A stretch of 64,000 nt of DNA, taken from IMG/VR virus record IMGVR_UViG_3300031993_000050. One strand, 5' to 3'. Of the stretch, positions 58,108-64,000 are shown in pieces. Origin of the DNA: an uncultured virus (IMG/VR IMGVR_UViG_3300031993_000050). Lineage: Duplodnaviria; Heunggongvirae; Uroviricota; Caudoviricetes. Within the stretch, counting starts at the first letter, position 1. Every line of letters starts with the position of its first letter. Both the position numbers and the translations under genes were made by a program. The notes under the pieces were generated by a model that saw only the letters and a program-made list of their open reading frames with translations, was not told where the DNA came from and did not search any database.

Positions 58108-58377
58108 CTATTTCGTTTTTTCAAAACCAAGTAGGTCTTCGAATTGGACGATGATATACTTCTCTCCGTCATCACCTTCCACATTCGCACCGGTGTACCT
58201 TGGGTAGTATACTACGGTTCCCTCCGTGCAATTGCCGGGAACTGAGTTCCCAACTGCCACCACGAGTCCTTTCATGGGGCGTTCCACTTCTGTGTCTGGA
58301 ATCTTAATGCCGAGGGATGTCTTTGCTTCATTCTCTATGGGTTTGATCAGAACCCTTTCACCATATGGTTGAATCAT
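58108..58377 (-). CDS. groES: co-chaperonin GroES-like protein
   Basis: IQPYGERVLIKP, TSLGIKIPD mobile loop, GLVVAVG, YTG, EDLLG. Confidence 0.9.
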   Translation of the reverse strand: MIQPYGERVLIKPIENEAKTSLGIKIPDTEVERPMKGLVVAVGNSVPGNCTEGTVVYYPRYTGANVEGDDGEKYIIVQFEDLLGFEKTK

Positions 58378-60179
58378 AATACATCTCCTTTACTTTGCTG
58401 GATATCGAGCAACGCCTTAAGTCGTTCCTCTTCCAAATTTATTTTGTGTAGCTTTTCGGTTTTGCACTGTGGACAATAATGATGTTCACCAGACAAGTAG
58501 CCATGCACAGGGCAGACCGAGAAGGTAGGCGTGATTGAAATATATGGAATCTCGTAGTTAGAGAATACGGTCTTGATTAACTGCTTCATCGATTCGAGAT
58601 CCGTTACACGCTCACCAAGATACAGGTGCTGCACAGAACCACCAGTGTACAATGCGTTGATTGCAGACTGGTTATCCATCATTTCAAAGATGTCGTCTGT
58701 GTAGTTGACCGGCAGTTGTGTTGAGTTTGTGTAGAACGGAGCTACACCTTCTTTCTCAACGGTTTCATTATCAGCCACAATGATGTCCGGGTATTTCTTC
58801 TTATCAATCTTTGCTAAACGATAAGAAGTTGCCTCGGCAGGAGCTTGCTCAATGTTATATTGATGGCCGGTTTCTTTCTGAAACTCAACTGCTTTGTTAC
58901 GCAAGTAGTTCATCACTTTAATTGCAAAAGCACGTCCACGTTCATCACCGATTGAGTAACCAAACATGTTCATGCAGCACTCATTCATACCAACTGTTGC
59001 GATGGTAGAGAAGTGGTTTTTCCAGTATTCCTGGAAACGTGCGAACGTCTTGCGTAAGTAAAATTTTAAGATTGGGTAGAAGTCTCCGCGTGTGCGAAGT
59101 TCTACATATTTACGACGGGTTTCCAATGCTTCTTTAGCAAGAAGTAAAAGCTCATCAAGCTCTTTGAAGAAACCTGCTTCGTCGTTTTTGTGTAAATAAC
59201 CTAAACGTGGGAAGTTAATTGTACAAACAGAAACAGACCCGGTTAACGGGTTGGCCCCGAATAATCCACCCTTTCGTTTAAGTTCTGTTAAGTCAATTCT
59301 CAGACGGCAGCACATTGACATTGCATCTGCTGGATCCATGTCAGAGGACACATAGTTGCAGAAATATGACTGACCGTACTTTGCTGTGTTATCCCACAGG
59401 GCCTTGTAACGTGGGTTGTTCCAGTCAAAGTTTTTTGTGACGTTAACAGTGGGGATCGGGAAAGAGAAAATACGACCGTCCGCGTCCCCTTCATTCATGA
59501 TTTCAAAGAAACACTCATTGAATAAGTCCATCTCTTTTTGGAACTCTTTGTAGCATTTATCCATGCGTTTACCGCCGAGAAGTACAGGCTTTTCTGCCAT
59601 GTGTTTCGGTACGGTAAAGTCGAGTGTACAGTTTGAAAACGGTGACTGATAACCGGTACGTGTAGGAACATTTAAGTTGAAAATAAATTCCTGCAATGCT
59701 TGTTTAACTTGTTTCTTTGTTAAGTTATCGTAGAAAATAAAAGGAGCCATCAGGGTATCCAAGTTAGACACCGCAACGGCACCTGCTACCTCACCGGTTA
59801 CGGAAAATAATAAATTGTTAAGCTGTGATAATGCAGCTGATAAATGGGAAGGTGGATTGGAACGGACCTTACCCGGACCGCCATAATATCCTACTTCAAG
59901 TAAATCTTCTAAGTCCAAACCCATGCAGTAACCAGACAAGGATCCGGAGTCATGTAAGTGAAATCTACCGTCGACGTGTGCTTGTTTTACTGCCGGTGAA
60001 TAAATGTAATTCATCCAGTAGTACTTGGTGACTTCTTCTTTAATATAATTGTTAAGACCTTGTAATGAATACGCCATGTTTGCGTTTTCATTTACACGCC
60101 AATCGTCTTGTTTTACGTAGTCTTCTACCAAATTTTTGGCAACAACTTCCATTGGATTTCTTTCTTCTGACATAACCAC
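58374..60179 (-). CDS. nrdD: class III (anaerobic) ribonucleoside-triphosphate reductase, catalytic core
   Basis: DWRVNENAN, HLHD, FSFPIPT, SMCCRL, PAEATSYRLA, YTNS, YTGG, CPVHG...CPQC; no ATP cone, no glycyl motif. Confidence 0.93.
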   Translation of the reverse strand: MVMSEERNPMEVVAKNLVEDYVKQDDWRVNENANMAYSLQGLNNYIKEEVTKYYWMNYIYSPAVKQAHVDGRFHLHDSGSLSGYCMGLDLEDLLEVGYYGGPGKVRSNPPSHLSAALSQLNNLLFSVTGEVAGAVAVSNLDTLMAPFIFYDNLTKKQVKQALQEFIFNLNVPTRTGYQSPFSNCTLDFTVPKHMAEKPVLLGGKRMDKCYKEFQKEMDLFNECFFEIMNEGDADGRIFSFPIPTVNVTKNFDWNNPRYKALWDNTAKYGQSYFCNYVSSDMDPADAMSMCCRLRIDLTELKRKGGLFGANPLTGSVSVCTINFPRLGYLHKNDEAGFFKELDELLLLAKEALETRRKYVELRTRGDFYPILKFYLRKTFARFQEYWKNHFSTIATVGMNECCMNMFGYSIGDERGRAFAIKVMNYLRNKAVEFQKETGHQYNIEQAPAEATSYRLAKIDKKKYPDIIVADNETVEKEGVAPFYTNSTQLPVNYTDDIFEMMDNQSAINALYTGGSVQHLYLGERVTDLESMKQLIKTVFSNYEIPYISITPTFSVCPVHGYLSGEHHYCPQCKTEKLHKINLEEERLKALLDIQQSKGDVL

Positions 60180-60181
60180 CT

Positions 60182-60739
60182 CTAGATTGAAATACCAATT
60201 TTAGCTGCTTTCGAGGCCACAATTACTACCTTTTGGCCGAGGGCAATGGTCTTTTGTCCGATTGATGCCATCTTCGCTGTTTTAACTGTATTTGCTACTT
60301 CGGCATCTGCTTTTTGTGTTGCAATTTTATCAATTCCCAACACCTTTGTAATGTTTTGTAGAGCTGTAACCAACGCTGATGCAAGCTGACCTGGATCGGA
60401 TGGTAACGACGTAGGAATAGCAGTTAATGCTTGATAGGTTGCATCAATTTGTGCTTTTTGAGCAGTTGCATTTGTATCAACTTCGGTTGCACTTTCAGTT
60501 GCCTTTTCCGTTGTAGCTTTTATCTTATCTTTGATTTGATTACACAAAACTTTGGCTTCGGCCATGGCCGCTTCTTTTGCTTTTCCAAGCGGATCATTCA
60601 ATATATCAATCAAACCATCCAGCTTATCCATCATGGTGTTTACTTCTTTTGTTGTTGTGTCTAAAGTCTCTTCTATACCGTCTAAGTTACTGTTTACCCA
60701 CGTGGTCATGGGAAACTGATCCCCTTGCATCTCGGCCAT
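60182..60739 (-). CDS. hypothetical helical Ala/Thr/Lys-rich protein
   Basis: 185 aa; SD GGAG. Confidence 0.55.
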   Translation of the reverse strand: MAEMQGDQFPMTTWVNSNLDGIEETLDTTTKEVNTMMDKLDGLIDILNDPLGKAKEAAMAEAKVLCNQIKDKIKATTEKATESATEVDTNATAQKAQIDATYQALTAIPTSLPSDPGQLASALVTALQNITKVLGIDKIATQKADAEVANTVKTAKMASIGQKTIALGQKVVIVASKAAKIGISI

Positions 60740-60748
60740 ACTTCACTC

Positions 60749-61177
60749 CTATAAATCTTCAAATGTTAAGTAACAACTGCAACTTGGCTTGTACGAAAGA
60801 CGATCTTTACGATGGTCTTTGCACAAGTGGAAATAATAAATTCGTTTTATACCACCTGCACAGATAACAAACGGTACAACGTCGGCTTTTGCCTTGAAGT
60901 TTGATATGACGGCGTTCGGATGGGACTTAATTGAACGATAAAGTTCCACTTCGTTTTTCGCCTTCTCAACGTACTCATGAAGGAGTACGGCTTCAAATGT
61001 TATCTGGTTGGTATTTTTCGGAATAAAGGAAAAACAAGTTGAATAAAACGTAATTACCGACTTACCATTTGGAAGAATTCTAAGAGATGTTCTGGGCTCC
61101 GTTTCGGCTTTATTAAATATGCCTGCGGCAATCATACCCAAATTGTGCAACTCTCTCAATTCTTCGTCGAACGTCAT
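60749..61177 (-). CDS. hypothetical protein
   Basis: 142 aa ORF. Confidence 0.5.
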   Translation of the reverse strand: MTFDEELRELHNLGMIAAGIFNKAETEPRTSLRILPNGKSVITFYSTCFSFIPKNTNQITFEAVLLHEYVEKAKNEVELYRSIKSHPNAVISNFKAKADVVPFVICAGGIKRIYYFHLCKDHRKDRLSYKPSCSCYLTFEDL

Positions 61178-61199
61178 ACCCTTTTCTTCCGATAAATTA

Positions 61200-61231
61200 A
61201 GGGGGCATAGGTGGTATGGAATACGCCCCCA
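61200..61231 (-). terminator. possible terminator hairpin
   Basis: GGGGGC...GCCCCC-TTAATTT with a large loop, intergenic. Confidence 0.4.
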
Positions 61232-61263
61232 TAAATAATACTTCTTTTACAAAGTAAAGTCAA

Positions 61264-61527
61264 CTAGAGGTTTGCCATCCCAAGTGGGCAGCCGGAACCA
61301 TCCGACTCAGAAGGATAGCAAGGCTCTGCGTGGATCGCACAGATTTCATTATAAATTCTGTCGATTTCGTCTTCTGTTACAAAGTCAGCAAGGTCTAGTT
61401 CTTCCTTTTTTCCATGCAAATAGGTAACGATTACTTTCGGTTTATCGTTACGGAAGTAAACAGACTGAATAATTCGTCCTTTGATGATATTGTTACCAAT
61501 CTGGACGTAGAGGTTTACCATGCTCAT
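61264..61527 (-). CDS. small hypothetical protein (paralog of 61527..61712)
   Basis: 87 aa, TAATG-coupled. Confidence 0.55.
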   Translation of the reverse strand: MSMVNLYVQIGNNIIKGRIIQSVYFRNDKPKVIVTYLHGKKEELDLADFVTEDEIDRIYNEICAIHAEPCYPSESDGSGCPLGMANL

Positions 61528-61712
61528 TAGCGGTCCTCCAGTTCGGCTTCGTAGCCTGAGATCTCTTGTTTTGAGGGGGGATAATCAAGCAGGAACTCCT
61601 CTTTACGACCACCAATATACACTACCGTAAATTTGTTGCCGTCGAAGAGGAAGTTGCGTACATAGCGTTTGTACACTATGACGTTCTGTACTTTCATATG
61701 TGTAGCTGCCAT
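61527..61712 (-). CDS. small hypothetical protein
   Basis: 61 aa, TAATG-coupled on both sides. Confidence 0.55.
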   Translation of the reverse strand: MAATHMKVQNVIVYKRYVRNFLFDGNKFTVVYIGGRKEEFLLDYPPSKQEISGYEAELEDR

Positions 61713-61873
61713 TATTTTTTACCCTTCTCAATAATCTGTACACTGTAGAGCTTGGATTCCTTTTCAGGTCCCAACTCTGCATCTAATTTGTTCATTTCAA
61801 GCAAAGTAACGAAGTTTTTAACGTCTTCGGGTTTCATACGTAACTCAGCTGAATAGATCTCTTTGTCTGCCAT
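61712..61873 (-). CDS. 53-aa hypothetical protein (absent from ORF track)
   Basis: MADKEIYSAELRMKPEDVKNFVTLLEMNKLDAELGPEKESKLYSVQIIEKGKK; SD AGGT; stop overlaps the next ATG. Confidence 0.6.
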   Translation of the reverse strand: MADKEIYSAELRMKPEDVKNFVTLLEMNKLDAELGPEKESKLYSVQIIEKGKK

Positions 61874-61905
61874 ATGTTACCTATTCGAGGTCCCTATAGA
61901 CCCCT

Positions 61906-61927
61906 CTATAAACAACCTAAGTGTTCA
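61906..61927 (-). promoter_or_regulatory. phage-specific promoter-like motif, copy 7
   Basis: TGAACACTTAGGTTGTTTATAG. Confidence 0.8.
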
Positions 61928-61941
61928 ATCCAAAAACCCTA

Positions 61942-61970
61942 TTGACAAGCCCTTAAATCTGTTATATAAT
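61942..61970 (+). promoter_or_regulatory. consensus sigma70 promoter
   Basis: TTGACA (61942-61947), 17 bp spacer, TATAAT (61965-61970), then SD GGAGG and ATG 61991. Confidence 0.9.
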
Positions 61971-61990
61971 AGGTGGGAGGAGACCTAAAT

Positions 61991-62377
61991 ATGTACGAAT
62001 TTTACGAAGAAAACATGAAATATCGTTGCATTGCAACGGAAGATCGCAAACACTTCATTTTGGTTAACCATACCAAAGAGGAAATGGAGGAGTTTGCCAA
62101 GGAACATGGGTTCCAACTGGCCGAAAACCCCGAAGAAAAGCTATACGTAGTCCACGAAAGCACCGACCCTACCTTATTTATGCTAGCCGTATCATCGCTC
62201 ACCAGACGCCTGGCTCCGTTGGAACCCAGTGGTAAGATGTTCCCATGGTTTTACCACACAAAAGACCGTAAACTCATTGCAAAAGGCGTTTACGTAGGTA
62301 CCGGAGAGGACATTCCTTTCGTAGAAGTACCCGAAGGGGTTGAGATCCGTCAGTTACAAATGCCAAATGCCCAGTAG
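61991..62377 (+). CDS. hypothetical early protein
   Basis: ATG 61991 after SD GGAGG and the sigma70 promoter. Confidence 0.7.
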   Translation: MYEFYEENMKYRCIATEDRKHFILVNHTKEEMEEFAKEHGFQLAENPEEKLYVVHESTDPTLFMLAVSSLTRRLAPLEPSGKMFPWFYHTKDRKLIAKGVYVGTGEDIPFVEVPEGVEIRQLQMPNAQ

Positions 62378-62900
62378 CCTAAGCACACCGGAAATGAAGT
62401 ACTATGTACTATCCTACTACCGTTTTCAACGGCAATATCCCATTGCTGCCACGGAAGTAGGCGTATTTGGTGGCTTCATTGCCGATGTTTTGGCATCCGA
62501 CCTGGAAAACGAATTCGTTGAAGTAGAAATAAAGATTTCGGAGTCCGATATGCTCAGTGATTTCCAACACAAGTCACTGAAGCACACAGCATATTTGGAC
62601 TCCGTCTTACATAAAGAGGGTTCACTAACCACCAAAGAACGCAAACTTATGCCCAATAAGTTCCTATATGCCGTACCTCGGGAAATGCGTAAATTTGCAA
62701 AGGAAATGGTTACCGGAACACCGTATGGACTGATTGTTGTAGACACCGAAGATATGAGCCTGTCCAACAACTCTTTTGTAAAGGTTGTAAAGCATTCCGA
62801 CATCATCAATCGGGTTTACCCCAAAGAGCTCGAAAGACGTGCGATGATGCGAATGTCTTCTGAGATTATCAACTTGTACGAATCACAGCTTGATATTTAA
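62367..62900 (+). CDS. PD-(D/E)XK nuclease-like protein (MmcB-like)
   Basis: TEV...IADVL...EVEIKISESD..SD..K and FLYAVP...YGLI patterns; start uncertain. Confidence 0.65.
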   Translation: MPSSLSTPEMKYYVLSYYRFQRQYPIAATEVGVFGGFIADVLASDLENEFVEVEIKISESDMLSDFQHKSLKHTAYLDSVLHKEGSLTTKERKLMPNKFLYAVPREMRKFAKEMVTGTPYGLIVVDTEDMSLSNNSFVKVVKHSDIINRVYPKELERRAMMRMSSEIINLYESQLDI

Positions 62901-63262
62901 GCGATATGTAATCCGTCTCCCCGAAACTTGGTAATCCAAGGACACAGCTTATAAACTGTGTCCTTTATTTTTTCGGTTTGAATGGAATTAAAGGTACAGA
63001 GTACGGTCTTGGTAGGAGCATATTCTCCGTGCTGTCCGTAACAGGCAATGACATGACATACATTCTTTACAAATTGGAACTGAAGCACCATCCGGTTGTT
63101 ATAGGGTGAAGCGAAGTTGAGGGACTGCAAATTATCACCATCACCGACGTACGTGGTGAAGAACTCGAACCGAAGCCGGCGATGTGGGAACAGTTCGGCC
63201 GGCATCACGAGGTCATGATTCTTCATCGTATATCGAAAGACATCTGCAATGGTAAGCTGCAT
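62897..63262 (-). CDS. hypothetical protein
   Basis: 121 aa; SD GGAG; converges on the nuclease gene. Confidence 0.55.
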   Translation of the reverse strand: MQLTIADVFRYTMKNHDLVMPAELFPHRRLRFEFFTTYVGDGDNLQSLNFASPYNNRMVLQFQFVKNVCHVIACYGQHGEYAPTKTVLCTFNSIQTEKIKDTVYKLCPWITKFRGDGLHIA

Positions 63263-63271
63263 AATTCTCTC

Positions 63272-64000
63272 CTAAATATAAACGATTCTTTCTACAGGCA
63301 TTTCCTCTACGATGTGTGCACGATCATTTATATATTTATGAAAATATCGAAGCAATTTCTCTACGGTATCGAGTTCATAAGGCCGTTCCGAATCAAAGTC
63401 CCTTGGTACGACTACGGAATCGAAATAGAGACGATTGGTACGGAAATCGAGTGCGATGAGTGTAATTGTTCCACTTCTGTAGGTATAACCCACAACATAC
63501 AAATCCGCAATGGGCATTATGATCTTTTCCGATGTTGTTATTTTGTTGGTCGCATCGTCCAATGACGGGACGATACCACAATCGAAAAGGTATGACATTC
63601 GTACGAGGGGCTTATCGAACAAAGCGTAGTTACCACCGTCGTTACCGTCGATTGCAAGGATATCCTTGAATATAGTAAAGACACAGTACGTACCGAGTGA
63701 ATGGGTAAATGCGTCTTTGAACTTCCAGTACTTCGTTATATCCGACATTTTCTTTAACACCTGTTCCAAAGAACGTGTGTTGGTACTGATCGAATAGGAT
63801 GTAGCGAAGGTTGGCGTATTTGCTATTCCGATGGTTCCGGGGGTGGTTGTTATATAATGCTCTGCGTTATATCCATGACCGGTATTCATAAAGTCTGGGT
63901 GATACACCAAGTCCCCGTCGGCATTCACGGAAATGGTCATACCACCGGTGACACTTGTATTCGTTCCACCCGACTCCCGGGTATACTTTTTTATGACATG
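63272..64000 (-). CDS. hypothetical protein, probably starting beyond the window
   Basis: The frame stays open for 20 codons upstream of ATG 63940 to the window edge. Confidence 0.55.
   Translation of the reverse strand, partial: HVIKKYTRESGGTNTSVTGGMTISVNADGDLVYHPDFMNTGHGYNAEHYITTTPGTIGIANTPTFATSYSISTNTRSLEQVLKKMSDITKYWKFKDAFTHSLGTYCVFTIFKDILAIDGNDGGNYALFDKPLVRMSYLFDCGIVPSLDDATNKITTSEKIIMPIADLYVVGYTYRSGTITLIALDFRTNRLYFDSVVVPRDFDSERPYELDTVEKLLRYFHKYINDRAHIVEEMPVERIVYI

Noticed and set aside
37808..60179. Inteins or self-splicing introns in terL or nrdD
   Set aside because: Both have ordinary lengths and contiguous motifs, with no intein termini or homing endonuclease; the insert between the nrdD parts is an intact groES.
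44..60867. Numerous plus-strand ORFs in the track (e.g. 44..388, 19336..19878, 32364..33029)
   Set aside because: They are antisense shadows of well-supported minus-strand genes, with Ser/Phe/Leu-rich composition and no recognisable motifs.
5049..61927. 22-bp repeat read as a CRISPR array or att/recombination sites
   Set aside because: Copies are 6-14 kb apart, co-oriented and always just upstream of start codons; there are no spacers, cas genes or recombinase in the window.
1..64000. Genome-wide TAG (or TGA) stop-codon reassignment
   Set aside because: Late genes are long and unfragmented under code 11. Many genes end in TAG that abuts or overlaps the next gene's SD, usually out of frame. 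Only the 931-945 junction is suggestive.
1..64000. tRNA, rRNA or integrase genes
   Set aside because: Intergenic gaps are short and explained by promoters and terminators; no cloverleaf or recombinase motif was recognised by eye (tRNAscan not run).

Overview
This window is 64 kb of a large, low-GC myovirus (contractile-tailed phage) genome using the standard genetic code. Nearly all genes are on the minus strand. Read right to left: small accessory ORFs and a divergent sigma70-driven two-gene unit; an anaerobic nucleotide-metabolism block (split NrdD interrupted by groES, metallophosphoesterase, NrdG-type activase, NarL/LuxR-like regulator); then a ~55 kb morphogenesis region. That region holds ~16 kb of large charged putative internal head proteins, terminase, portal, a 1328-aa prohead-protease fusion, scaffold, major capsid, neck, sheath, tube, a frameshifted tail chaperone, tape measure, baseplate, lysis genes, tail fibres and a BspA-type LRR protein running off the left edge. 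Main signals: (1) seven near-identical 22-bp non-sigma70 motifs, TGAACACWTAGGTTG-N4-TAG, at transcription-unit starts; (2) an LRR N-cap module carried at the C-terminus of two separate adaptor proteins, next to a cap-less LRR protein, suggesting plug-in receptor-binding domains assembled in trans; (3) a sigma70-like motif series inside a 1404-aa putative virion protein; (4) a recurrent hydrophobic-x-K-x-A motif across head proteins, a candidate maturation or packaging signal; (5) NrdD split into coiled-coil-tipped halves around groES. All product calls come from motifs read by eye plus gene order; no database searches were run.
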